In this document: piece by piece, positions 1 through 9,285 of the stretch | How positions within the stretch are numbered: position 1 is the stretch's first letter | How the letters are laid out: every line of letters starts with the position of its first letter | Assembly: GCA_965229825.1 (NCBI GenBank) | Contig: CBDDJQ010000012.1 | Coordinates: 364,067 to 428,066, forward strand | DNA length: 64,000 nucleotides | From: Vicinamibacterales bacterium | GTDB lineage: Bacteria > Acidobacteriota > Vicinamibacteria > Vicinamibacterales > UBA8438 | Direction of reading: 5' to 3' | Notes under the pieces: model-generated | Databases searched by the model: none | Told to the model about the DNA's origin: nothing | What the model saw: the letters and a program-made list of their open reading frames with translations, nothing else | Position numbers and translations under genes: made by a program

Positions 1-1
1 T

Positions 2-229
2 CTGGCGGCCAACGGGCGCGACATGCAGGTTCGCATCCGGTATCTCGGCGCATCCCTGTCGCGCGACGGCGCGACGGTCATCGAGCAGCTTCTGTCCCGT
101 TCCGGACCCGACGGGGTGCCGCTCGAACGGCTGCGGCAATCGATGCGCACGGTGGTGCTGGGGCGCGGCCCGGAGGACGACGGCGCCGACTTCTGCGAGC
201 TGACCACGGCCCTGCCCGAAGTTTCCTAG
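2..229 (+). CDS. hypothetical protein, C-terminal part (ORF open to window edge)
   Basis: Frame open from position 2 with no upstream stop and ends at TAG 227-229. Third-position GC is high. No recognisable motif. Confidence 0.3.
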   Translation: MAANGRDMQVRIRYLGASLSRDGATVIEQLLSRSGPDGVPLERLRQSMRTVVLGRGPEDDGADFCELTTALPEVS

Positions 230-232
230 CCC

Positions 233-240
233 TCCTAGCC
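233..240. repeat. 8-bp direct repeat TCCTAGCC (left target-site duplication of IS4-like element)
   Basis: Identical octamer at 2684-2691, immediately outside the terminal inverted repeats. Confidence 0.6.
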
Positions 241-2683
241 CTGCCCGTGCCCCATAACTTTTCGCTGGACTTCATGAAGCCACTTCGCTACGGTGGCCGG
301 CATGGAGATTCAGAATCAGGTTGGGCGCAGCCTGCGGGGCAACCTCACGCGACTGCGCGAGGTGCTGGAGGGGGCGGTATCGCAGGGCATTCACGGCCTC
401 GGGCAGGTTGCCGATCGGGTCTGTGAAGCGTTCGATTTTCGCGATGGCCGCGGCCGGTGGCAGCGCGCGAGCTGCTGCGCGGCGTTGGCCGACCTCGAAG
501 CGGCAGGCCACGTCTCGCTGCCTCGGGGGCGGCCCGCTCGCGGCGGTGTGTGGCGCCCGCGTGGCTCCCGCACCCGGTGGCGCCAGCGGTTGACGTGCCC
601 GGCACGGTCGGCGAGGTTCGGGACTTGGCGCTGGTGCGGGTGGAGACCGGCGACCAGCGCCGGGTCTGGAACACGCTGATGGCGCATGAGCACCCGCGCG
701 GCGCCGGACCCTTTGTCGGCCCTCAACTGCGGTATCTGGTGGGCTCCGGGCATGGCTGGCTGGGCGGGGTGGGGTTGGCGGCCTGTGCGCGGCGCCTGCG
801 GTCCCGCGACGCCTGGATCGGCTGGGACGACACGCGCCGGCGCGCTCACCTGCACCGGGTGCTGGGACTGTGCCGGCTGCTGATACGTCCCGACATTTCG
901 TGCCGCAACTTGGCCTCCCACGTGTTGGGACGGGCCGCTCGGGCGGTCGGCGACGACTGCGAGCGCCTCTACGGCTATCGGCCCTGGCTGCTGGAGACGT
1001 TCGTCGACGAGACCGAACACACCGGGGCGAGCGTGCGTGCGGCGAACTGGGTGCGAGTAGGTGAGACCCGCGGACGCGGGCGCCAGGACCGTACGCACGC
1101 GGCGCGGGAAACGTGCAAGGCGGTGTATATGTACGCGTTGGAGCCGGCGTGGCGCGATACCCTCCAGGCGCCCGCACCGAGGGTGGCGCCGCTGGCGGTC
1201 GGCGACGGGCTCGACGCCGAGTCCTGGGCGGGCCGCGAGTTCGGCGGGGCGCGGCTGGGCGACGCGCGGCTGAGCGCACGCTTGGTGTTGAGCGCCCATC
1301 AGATGGCCGAGTCTCCGATGCGCGCCATCACGGGCGCCGCGACCGGCGGGAGAGCGTTGGTGAAGGGACATTACCGGCTGATCGATCAGCCCGCGGAGAG
1401 CGCGGTGACGGTCGAGAACATTCTCGCTCCCCATCGCGAGCGCACGCTGCGACGGATGCGGACGCATGACACGGTGCTGTGCCTCCAGGACGGCACCCGC
1501 CTGAGCTTCACCGGGCGCAGCCAGACCGAGGGGCTTGGGGTGATCGGCTCGAATCAGACCGGCGCCGTGGCCCGCGGCCTTGACCTGCACACCACGCTGG
1601 CGGTCAATCCGGACGGGGTGGCCTTGGGCGTCCTGCGGGCGGCGTTCGACGCGCCCGCGCCCCCGAATCCCGAGGAGAAAGGCCAGCCGAAGCCGCGCGA
1701 GGCGCGGAAGTCGTTCCGCTGGGTCGAGGGGCTGCGCGACTGCGCGGCGGCGGCCGAGCGGCTGGGTGAGACGCGGGTGGTGTGCACGATGGACCGTGAG
1801 GCCGACTTTCTCGACCTGTTCATCGAGCGCCGGGCGCACGCCCCGCGGGTCGACCTGCTGGTCCGGGCGAAGGTCGACCGCGTCCTCGGCCGGGAGAAGA
1901 CGGCCCCGGGCAGACGGTCTCGCGCCGTCTGTTCGAGGAGGTGCGCAACGCGCCGGCCCGCGGCGCCGCCCTGGTCGAGGTGCGGCGGCTGAGCGCGCGG
2001 GTGAAGGCCAGCAAACAGCCCCGCAAGGACGGCCGGGCCGCTCGCGTCGCCGAGGTGACCCTGCGCTACCGGCAGGTGTCGCTGCCGTGCCCCGGCGCCG
2101 AGCCGGTCGAGCTGTTTGTCGTCCATGCGCGCGAGGAACAGCCGCCGCCCGCGGTCAAGCCGCTGGAGTGGTTTGTGCTGACCACGCTGCCGGTGACCAG
2201 CGCCGATGACGCCACGCGCATCCTGGGCTGGTACGCCCTGCGGTGGCGCATCGAAGAGTCTTCCGGGTCATCAAGTCCGGCTGCAAGGTCGAGGAGTTGC
2301 AGCACCACACGGCGGAGCGGCTCGAGCGGGCCATTGCCATCAAGATGGTCGTGGGGTGGCGGATCCAGTTGATGGTCCAGCTCGGGCGCGAGACGCCCGA
2401 CTTGCCGGGGGACCTGCTGTTTTCCGACGGCGAGTTGCGCGTGCTGGCCACCTTCGCCCGCTCCCGCAATCTGCCGGCACCCACGCGCCTCGGGGACGCC
2501 GTCGGTCTGGTGGCCCGCCTCGGCGGGTGGCTGGGGCGCAAGCGCGCCCCGCCCGGCGCGCAGCTCCTGTGGTATGGCTACGCCAAGCTCGTCGCCATGA
2601 GCTTCGCCTTCGAGCTGCGGGACGAGTACGGATGAGTTCACATGCATTACGAGTCCAGCCGGAGAGATCCGGGGCACGGGCAG
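241..2683 (+). mobile_element. IS4-family (Tn5-like) insertion sequence, transposase decayed
   Basis: Terminal inverted repeats: left end from 241 reads CTGCCCGTGCCCCATAACTTTTCGCTGGACT; the reverse complement of the right end at 2683 reads CTGCCCGTGCCCCGGATCTCTCCGGCTGGACT. Flanked by 8-bp direct repeats TCCTAGCC. The interior encodes a Tn5-type DDE transposase. Confidence 0.75.
293..2635 (+). pseudogene. DUF4338-like N-terminal domain fused to Tn5/IS4-type DDE transposase, at least 3 frameshifts
   Basis: ORF pieces 293-679, 457-1992, 1941-2372 and 2243-2635 join into one protein. DUF4338-like part: DLEAAGHVSLP, VWNTLMAHEHPRG, LRYLV, RDAWIGWD. Tn5-like part: GDARLSARLV, GHYRLIDQP, LCLQDGT, CTMDREADF, YALRWRIEE then FRVIKSGCKVEELQ. 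Frame changes near 540, 1900 and 2255 lie at G/C or T runs. Confidence 0.7.
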
Positions 2684-2691
2684 TCCTAGCC
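2684..2691. repeat. 8-bp direct repeat TCCTAGCC (right target-site duplication of IS4-like element)
   Basis: Identical to 233-240. Its last 2 nt are the first 2 nt of the IS1380 left inverted repeat. Confidence 0.6.
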
Positions 2692-4511
2692 TGCATTATT
2701 CATGAAGCTCGGGCGTCCGTCACGGACGGGGCATGATCGGCCGCGAGCAGGGCCTCGGACGTGGTGGCGCGCGCACCGCGGCGTAGAGTAGCCGGTCGTG
2801 CCGTCGGGCGGTGGCGGAGAGGCGGGCGGCAGGGAAGGCTCTGCTGGGGCCGGGCCTGCTTGACCGCGAGCGGAGCCTCTCGGACGCGGCGACGGACGCG
2901 GCAGGAGGCGTGGAGTGGCCCTTCACGGGCACCGGGCGGTTGCGGAGGCCAAGTGGGGGGAAGGTTCTGCCGGAACGGGCGGTGCCGCCCGGGACCGAGA
3001 CGTGCGCCGAGCCCCCGCGCGGGCTCTGACTAACCCGCGCGGGCGCCGAGCGCGAGCGCGATGCGCCGCCACGCGTGGAGATGGGGCGTCGCCCGTGGTA
3101 GATGCAGGACGATGCGGCGCGCCGAGCCGACGACATGCACCCCCAGCTTCAGCAGCCGGTCGCGCAGCCACGTCACTTGGGTGCGGGCACAGCCGGTGCG
3201 CGCCGCCCGCAGCCGCAGCTCCTGCATGAGTACGTAGGCCGCCGCGGTCAGCAACACGCGCAACTGGTTCGCCAGGAACTTGCAGCAGCTCGTGCGGTCG
3301 ATCTGCAGGCCATCCAGCAACTCCTTGATCCGGTTCTCGATGTCCCCGCGGGCGCAGTAGACCCTCTCGTAGACGAAGCGCGAGCTCTCCAAGAGATTCG
3401 TCACGACGAAGCGCGGATTGTCCCGCGGCTCGCGACCCTTGAGCCGGACCACTTCCGCCTTGATCACGACCCGGCGTTCGCGGCCCCACGTGCGGGCCGC
3501 GTAGCGGGTGTCGGTATAGACGTGCTCGGTTCGGCCACTGGCCTCGCTCTGCGCGCGGGCCACGGCCATCGCGGATTCGGCATGCCGCTGCAACACCGCG
3601 TTCTTCCCCATCGCGACCACGTAGTCGAGCCCAGGTTCGGCATCCAGGAAATCGAGGATCTCCGGGGTCGCAAAGCCCCCGTCGAGCCGGACGAGAAACC
3701 GAGTCGCCGGAAACGCCGCCCGCAGCATCGGCAGCAGCCGACACAGCAAGCTCAGGGTCCCGTCGGCCGCCACCGCCTTGCCCGGCCGCAGCACCGCCGC
3801 GCACAGATACTGCTCCTTCTCGTCGTTGAAAGTCAGGAACGCGAGCAGCGGCAGATAGCACCAACTGTCGTAGTGCCCGTTGAAGAACGTCAGTTGTTGC
3901 GCGCCATGCGTCCGGTCGTCGGTCGGGTCCAGATCGATGGTGACCCGCCACACCCGCCGCCGCAGGCGGCGTCGATGCCGCTCGATCACGCACGCCGCCA
4001 ACTCCCGCGCCATTCGGTAGAGCGCGCCGCGGCCCGGGCCGTTCTCGAACCGCGAAATCGTTGGTTGCGACGCCAAGGGCGCGCCGGCCACGGGGTCCCG
4101 CCCGAGCAGCAGCTTGTGGATGGGATCCTCCGCCAAGTGGTCGGCGTCGTTGCCGTCGGGATGACCGCACGCGATGCCGAAGATCCGCTGTCCGATCAGC
4201 TCCGCGAGCGTGTGCCGAATCTTCTCCGGCGCGCGCTTGTCGGCGAGACACCCGGCAAACGCCTTGACGAGGCCGTACACCCGCTCGGCCGCCTTGAGGA
4301 GGACGGCGCCACCATCCGAGCTCGCCTGCTCGCGGTCGAACGTGGCGACGACGGGCTTGTCGAAGAGCTCCGGGAACAGGACAGTCTGTGATATCTTGTC
4401 AGCCGCCATGCAGGGGCCTCCATCGTGGCTAAACGTTTGTCAGCACTGCGTTTGTACCACATGGAGGCTCCTGTGTCTCTCCAGAATCAGCACCTTCACG
4501 AATAATCCGGG
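2690..4511 (-). mobile_element. IS1380-family insertion sequence (1822 bp), apparently intact
   Basis: Inverted repeats: CCTGCATTATTCATGAAGCT at 2690, and CCCGGATTATTCGTGAAGGT as the reverse complement ending at 4511 (16/20 match). Flanked by 4-bp direct repeats CTAG (2686-2689 and 4512-4515), as expected for IS1380 elements. Contains a single 459-aa transposase ORF. Confidence 0.85.
3030..4409 (-). CDS. IS1380-family DDE transposase
   Basis: Uninterrupted 459-aa ORF with family-typical strings: FDREQASSDGGAVLL, GHPDGNDADHL, QPTISRFEN, IDLDPTDD, FFNGHYDSWCYLPL, ARGDIENRIKEL. Confidence 0.9.
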   Translation of the reverse strand: MAADKISQTVLFPELFDKPVVATFDREQASSDGGAVLLKAAERVYGLVKAFAGCLADKRAPEKIRHTLAELIGQRIFGIACGHPDGNDADHLAEDPIHKLLLGRDPVAGAPLASQPTISRFENGPGRGALYRMARELAACVIERHRRRLRRRVWRVTIDLDPTDDRTHGAQQLTFFNGHYDSWCYLPLLAFLTFNDEKEQYLCAAVLRPGKAVAADGTLSLLCRLLPMLRAAFPATRFLVRLDGGFATPEILDFLDAEPGLDYVVAMGKNAVLQRHAESAMAVARAQSEASGRTEHVYTDTRYAARTWGRERRVVIKAEVVRLKGREPRDNPRFVVTNLLESSRFVYERVYCARGDIENRIKELLDGLQIDRTSCCKFLANQLRVLLTAAAYVLMQELRLRAARTGCARTQVTWLRDRLLKLGVHVVGSARRIVLHLPRATPHLHAWRRIALALGARAG

Positions 4512-4534
4512 CTAGGAGTCTCCACCCGAGGCGG

Positions 4535-5950
4535 ATGCGTCTTTACAACACCCTGACCCGTCAGGAGGAGCCGTTCACGCCGCTGCGTGGCCGGACGGTG
4601 CGCATGTACACGTGCGGGCTGACCGTCTATGCGCGCGGCCATATCGGCAACTTCCGTACCTTCGTCGCCCTCGACGTGCTGAGACGGACGTTGAAGCACG
4701 TGGCCGGACTCGACGTGCGGCAGGTGATGAACTTCACCGACGTCGACGATCGGACCATCGTCGAGTCGAGAGCCGCGCAAATCCCGCTGCGCGAGTACAC
4801 CGATCGCTTCATTGCCGCGTTTCGTGAAGATGCGGCGTCGCTCGGGCTGGAGTCGGTCGAAGCGTACCCCCGCGCGACCGACGAAGAGAATCTGCGCTCG
4901 ATGGTCGAGATGATTCAGGCGCTGGAGACCAACGGGCACACCTACCGCAGCGACGGATCGGTCTACTTTCGGATAGCGACGCTGCCCGCCTACGGCAAGC
5001 TGGCCCGGCTCGACCACGACGGGATCAAGCCGGGCGCCCGCATCGACTCGGATCGCTACGAGAAAGACGATGCGCGCGACTTCGTTCTCTGGAAGGCGAC
5101 CGGGCCGGATGAGCCGACCTGGGACTTCGGGGTCGGGCCGGGGCGTCCCGGATGGCATATCGAGTGCTCGGCGATGGCGCATCGTCTGCTCGACGGCTCC
5201 CCGATCGACATTCACGCCGGCGGCGTCGACCTCGTGTTTCCGCATCACGAGAACGAGATCGCCCAGGCGGAAGGGGCGACCGGTCAGAACTTCTCGCGGT
5301 TCTGGGTCCACGTCGAGCATCTGCTGCTCGACGAGGGCTCCAAGATGTCGAAGTCGATGGGCAACGTCTTCACGGTGCCCGACGTGCTCGAGCGGGGATA
5401 CCGGGCCTCGGCCCTGCGCTATGCGCTGCTGTCGGTCCACTACCGGAAGCAGTTGCGGTTCACGTGGAGAGGACTCGATCAGGCCGAAGAGGCGTTGAAA
5501 CGGGTCATGGCGTGTCTCTCGCGACTCGACGCCATCCGCGGCGGCGCGGCGCATGCCGAGATCGGGGCGCGGGTCGAGGCGGCGCGGCGCGATTTCGACG
5601 ACCGGCTGGCGCACGACCTGAACGTGCCGGGCGGTCTCGGCGTCATGTTCGAGCTGGTGCGCTACGTCAACACCGCGATCGACGACGTCGAGATCGGCGA
5701 GCCCGACGTCGAGATCGTCAAGGCGGCCTTCGACGGCTTCGATCGGGTCCTGGGTGTCCTTGCCCTGCGGCGGGCCGAGGTGACCCTGGCGGATGTGCCC
5801 GTCGAAGAGATCGAACGGTTGATTGCCGAACGGAAGGCGGCCCGGGCGCGCCGCGACTTCGCGGCGGCGGACGGCATTCGCAACGATCTCGACGCGCGCG
5901 GCATCGTGCTGGAAGACACGCCCGCCGGCACTCGCTGGCAGAGGAAATAG
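4535..5950 (+). CDS. cysS: cysteine--tRNA ligase
   Basis: 471 aa. N-terminus MRLYNTLTRQEEPF, a HIGN signature (ARGHIGNFRT), GWHIECSAM, and KMSKS (KMSKSMGN). Confidence 0.97.
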   Translation: MRLYNTLTRQEEPFTPLRGRTVRMYTCGLTVYARGHIGNFRTFVALDVLRRTLKHVAGLDVRQVMNFTDVDDRTIVESRAAQIPLREYTDRFIAAFREDAASLGLESVEAYPRATDEENLRSMVEMIQALETNGHTYRSDGSVYFRIATLPAYGKLARLDHDGIKPGARIDSDRYEKDDARDFVLWKATGPDEPTWDFGVGPGRPGWHIECSAMAHRLLDGSPIDIHAGGVDLVFPHHENEIAQAEGATGQNFSRFWVHVEHLLLDEGSKMSKSMGNVFTVPDVLERGYRASALRYALLSVHYRKQLRFTWRGLDQAEEALKRVMACLSRLDAIRGGAAHAEIGARVEAARRDFDDRLAHDLNVPGGLGVMFELVRYVNTAIDDVEIGEPDVEIVKAAFDGFDRVLGVLALRRAEVTLADVPVEEIERLIAERKAARARRDFAAADGIRNDLDARGIVLEDTPAGTRWQRK

Positions 5951-5984
5951 CTGGTCCGGTTCTTGCGTACTCTGCAACCGGACG

Positions 5985-6359
5985 ATGACGCACGCACGCC
6001 AATCGCTCGGTCGGTACGGCGAGGACCTCGCCTGTCGTGAGTTGCGGCGCCGGGGGTACGCAATTCTTGCCCGCCGGTTTCGCACCCGCTTCGGCGAAAT
6101 CGACATCATCGCGCGGGATGGCCGGACGCTGGTGTTCGTCGAGGTCAAGACCCGGCGAAGCGCCGCGTTCGGCGGGCCGATGGCGGCCGTGAACGCCGGC
6201 AAGCAGCGGCGGCTCGTCAACATGGCGCGCAGCTATCTGCTCGGCGTCGGCGGCGGAGCGCCGCCGTGCCGTTTCGACGTCGTCGGCGTCACCGTCGGCG
6301 CCGGCCGGCCGCCGGTCCTCGAGGTGGTGAGCGCCGCGTTCGGGGCGCACCCGCCTTGA
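5985..6359 (+). CDS. YraN-family (UPF0102) endonuclease-like protein
   Basis: Start taken at ATG 5985 inside ORF 5823-6359. Motifs GEDLACRELRRRGYAILARRFR, GEIDIIARDG, LVFVEVKTR are typical of UPF0102. Confidence 0.8.
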   Translation: MTHARQSLGRYGEDLACRELRRRGYAILARRFRTRFGEIDIIARDGRTLVFVEVKTRRSAAFGGPMAAVNAGKQRRLVNMARSYLLGVGGGAPPCRFDVVGVTVGAGRPPVLEVVSAAFGAHPP

Positions 6360-6403
6360 TGCCGCCCTGCGCCTGTGGTACCGTACTTTGCAGGCCGCGA
6401 CGG

Positions 6404-6478
6404 GCGGGAGTAACTCAGTGGTAGAGTGCGACCTTGCCAAGGTCGAAGTCGCGGGTTCGAATCCCGTTTCCCGCTCCA
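6404..6478 (+). tRNA. tRNA-Gly (anticodon GCC)
   Basis: Cloverleaf folded by hand. Acceptor GCGGGAG pairs with TTCCCGC, anticodon loop TTGCCAA (GCC at 6436-6438), T arm GCGGG-TTCGAAT-CCCGT, encoded CCA. Confidence 0.9.
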
Positions 6479-6562
6479 TCTCTTCTCGCGCGATGCGCCT
6501 CGCCGCATCGTCCGGGACGGCCGGCCCTCCAGGCGGTAACGCCTGTTGATCTCCCGCCCGTT

Positions 6563-6636
<74 letters not shown>

Positions 6637-6646
6637 ATTTTTCCAG

Positions 6647-7864
6647 ATGCGATCCTCGATACGGAGCCTGGGGCTCTCCGTCTATCTGCCCTCGAGCCTC
6701 ATGGCGGTGGCGCAGATGGCGCTGCTGGTCGTGCTGCCGCTCTACGTGCTCGACCTCGGAGGGACCCTCTCGGTAGCGGCCCTGGTGTTCGCGATGCGCG
6801 GCCTCGGCAGCGTGATCGTGAACGTGCCGGCGAGCCTGGTCATCGAGCGCCATGGGCACAAGGTGGGCATGCTGCTCGGCAACGGCTTGATGGCGGCCAG
6901 TGCGCTGGTCATCGCCCAGTCCACGTCCACCGTCGTTCTGGCCCTGGCCACGCTGCTGTTCGGGGCCGGCATGGGCACTTGGCTGCTGGCCAGGCTGTCC
7001 TGCATCACCGAGCAGGTTCCCACCCACCAGCGGGGAACGGCCATGTCCGGCCTGGCCGGCCTGCAGCGCCTCGGCATGCTGCTCGGCCCGTTGCTGGGCG
7101 GCATAGGGGCGGAGCAACTCGGGTTTCGGATGGTGTTCCTGACCATCGCCGGCGTCGCGATGCTGACCATGGCGCTGATCTGGAAGGTGGCGCCGGGGGC
7201 GCCGGGGGCAGGCGCGCCGCACGGCGAGGTGCCGGCGCCGGCCCGCGCCCATCCGGGAACCCCGATGCTGATGCTGGTGCCGCGCATGCTCGGCCGTTAC
7301 CGCCACATCTTCCTGGGCGCCGGCATCTTTGCGTTCTGCGTGCAGCTCCTGCGCGAGCAGCGCCGCCTGCTGGTCGTGCTCTGGGGCACCAGCATCGGGA
7401 TCGATGCCGAGGCGATCGGGCTGATCGTGAGCAGCGGCGCGGCCGTCGACATGGCGATGTTTCCCCTGGCGGGTCACGTCATGGACCACTGGGGACGCAA
7501 GGTGGCGGGCATCGGCTGCGTCGGCATCCTGGGGACTGCGATGGGACTCCTGCCGCTGACCGGCACCGCGATGCCGTATCTGTGCGTGGTCATGTTGGCG
7601 AGCATCGGCAACGGGTTGGGAAGCGGCATTCTGCTCACCCTGGGCGCCGATCTGGCTCCGGCGGATGAACCCAGCCGATTCCTGGGGGTGTGGCGGCTGG
7701 TGGGCGACTGCGGGACGCTCGTAGGACCGCTGCTGACCTCGGTGGTGGCGTCGCTGGGCGCGGCCCTGACCCTGACCTGGCTGATCGCAATCATCGGCGG
7801 CGCGGTGATGTGGCGGCGGGTGCCGGAGACGCTGCGGCCCGCCGTGACGGCCGCCGAAGGCTGA
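6647..7864 (+). CDS. MFS transporter
   Basis: 405-aa polytopic hydrophobic protein with about 12 predicted helices and an MFS-like loop (ERHGHKVGML). The start lies only 10 nt after tRNA-Cys. Confidence 0.8.
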   Translation: MRSSIRSLGLSVYLPSSLMAVAQMALLVVLPLYVLDLGGTLSVAALVFAMRGLGSVIVNVPASLVIERHGHKVGMLLGNGLMAASALVIAQSTSTVVLALATLLFGAGMGTWLLARLSCITEQVPTHQRGTAMSGLAGLQRLGMLLGPLLGGIGAEQLGFRMVFLTIAGVAMLTMALIWKVAPGAPGAGAPHGEVPAPARAHPGTPMLMLVPRMLGRYRHIFLGAGIFAFCVQLLREQRRLLVVLWGTSIGIDAEAIGLIVSSGAAVDMAMFPLAGHVMDHWGRKVAGIGCVGILGTAMGLLPLTGTAMPYLCVVMLASIGNGLGSGILLTLGADLAPADEPSRFLGVWRLVGDCGTLVGPLLTSVVASLGAALTLTWLIAIIGGAVMWRRVPETLRPAVTAAEG

Positions 7865-7879
7865 GAGTCTGCGCCGTAG
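7865..7879. repeat. short interspersed intergenic motif GAGTCTGCGCCGTAG
   Basis: Directly follows the MFS stop codon. Related copies at 15776-15805 (as a palindrome), 36312-36326, 36361-36375 and 38628-38643. Confidence 0.5.
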
Positions 7880-7962
7880 GACGGCACGGATTCCCGGAGG
7901 GTTGGTTGGGCCGGAAGTGGAGCCGGAAGGCGACGACGCCGGGGTCAGGCCCGCGGCCGGCA

Positions 7963-9279
7963 TCAGGGCGTTCCGCCGCGGCTGCGCTCGGCGGTCAGCC
8001 GGCGCAACAGCTCGATCGTCGGCGTCGGCGCCTCGTACTCCGCCTCTTCGAGCGGCGTCCGCCCGTGATGATCCCGGGCGTCGAAGTCGGCGCCGTGGGC
8101 CGCCAGATACTCGACGATGGCATCTTCGCCGACGCGTATCGCGGTGTGCAGCGCGCTCGGGCGGCCGGCGGGGTGGACGTTCACGTCCAGCCCCAGCTCG
8201 ACCATCAACTGCACCGCCTCGAGATTGCGGCCGCGGGTGGCGAGCAGCACCCCGCCCGCGCCCTCGTCGGACCGCGCGGCGGGGTCGGCCCCGAGACCGA
8301 GCAGGGCTCGCAGCATGTCCACCTCGCCGGCCTGGGCGGCGGTCAGAAAGGGCGTGAGGCCGCTGGTGCGCCGTGCTGCCGCCGCGGCCCAGTCGCCGCC
8401 CCGCCCGGTGCGGGCGTTCAGATCGGCCCCGCGGGCGACGAGCGTCCTGATCATGTCGAGGCTGCCCTGCCGCACCGCGGCATGCAGCGGCGTGCTGCCG
8501 GTGCGGTCCCGGGCATTGACGTCGGCGCCCTGGTCGAGCATCAGCCGGGTGACGGCGTCGCTGCCGGCGGCGAGGGCCAGCAGAAACGCGGTGCTTCCGT
8601 CGGCGGTCGTAACGTGGGGGTCGGCGCCGGCCCCAATCAACGCCTGCGCACTCGCGGCGTCCCCGTGCTGCGCCGCGAACAGGATGGGCCGAAAGCCATT
8701 GCGGGAGACGGCGTGGACGTCGGCGCCGCGCTCGATGAGGAGGCGGGCGATGGACGAATGCCCGCCGGCGATGGCCCACATCAGCGGCGTCTGTTCCATA
8801 CGCGATTCGGTCACGTTCACCGCGGCGTTCCGGTCGAGCAACAGCCGCACCAGCGCCTCGTTGCCGCCGTGCGCCGCGGCCAGCAGCGGCGTGTCGCCGC
8901 TCCAGCGGGCGGCGTCCACGTCCGCGCCGGCATCGAGGAGCAGGCGGGCGAGCGCCAGATTGCCGTTGGCGCAGGCGAACAGCAGCGGGGTCTCCCCGTT
9001 CTCGTCCGCGGGGTCGGGGTCGGCTCCCGCGCGCAGCAGGGCGGCGGCGATGCCGGCGTCGTCACGGAACGCGGCCCACGACAGCGGGGTGGAGCCGTCG
9101 GCCCGGACGGGGTTGACGTCCACCCCGTCCGCGACGAGCGCCTGCACCGCGGCGTGGTCGCGCCGCTGCACCGCGTCGAACAGGCGGTCGGCCGGGGCCT
9201 GCGCCGCCGCCGGTTGCGCTCCCGCCAACGCGACGACGATCAATAGGGCACCGGCGCGGCGCCACTGCAAGGCGGTCAT
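7963..9279 (-). CDS. secreted ankyrin-repeat protein
   Basis: Signal peptide (ALLIVVALAGAQPAAAQA) followed by about 12 tandem 33-aa ankyrin repeats (G.TPL..AA..G....V.LLL..GAD.N pattern throughout). Confidence 0.9.
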   Translation of the reverse strand: MTALQWRRAGALLIVVALAGAQPAAAQAPADRLFDAVQRRDHAAVQALVADGVDVNPVRADGSTPLSWAAFRDDAGIAAALLRAGADPDPADENGETPLLFACANGNLALARLLLDAGADVDAARWSGDTPLLAAAHGGNEALVRLLLDRNAAVNVTESRMEQTPLMWAIAGGHSSIARLLIERGADVHAVSRNGFRPILFAAQHGDAASAQALIGAGADPHVTTADGSTAFLLALAAGSDAVTRLMLDQGADVNARDRTGSTPLHAAVRQGSLDMIRTLVARGADLNARTGRGGDWAAAAARRTSGLTPFLTAAQAGEVDMLRALLGLGADPAARSDEGAGGVLLATRGRNLEAVQLMVELGLDVNVHPAGRPSALHTAIRVGEDAIVEYLAAHGADFDARDHHGRTPLEEAEYEAPTPTIELLRRLTAERSRGGTP

Positions 9280-9285
9280 GGGGTA

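Noticed and set aside
293-1100. The DUF4338 (DruA-like) domain as a component of a Druantia system together with the DruE-like helicase.
   Set aside because: It is fused to a Tn5-type transposase inside an IS bounded by IRs and a TSD, lies more than 44 kb from the helicase, and is frameshifted. It is a transposase domain here, not a defence gene.
1880-2270. Programmed ribosomal frameshifting in the IS4-like transposase.
   Set aside because: Three separate frame changes in both directions, with no A6G-type slippery heptamer, and IS4/Tn5 transposases are not known to use frameshifting. Decay or indel error is more likely.
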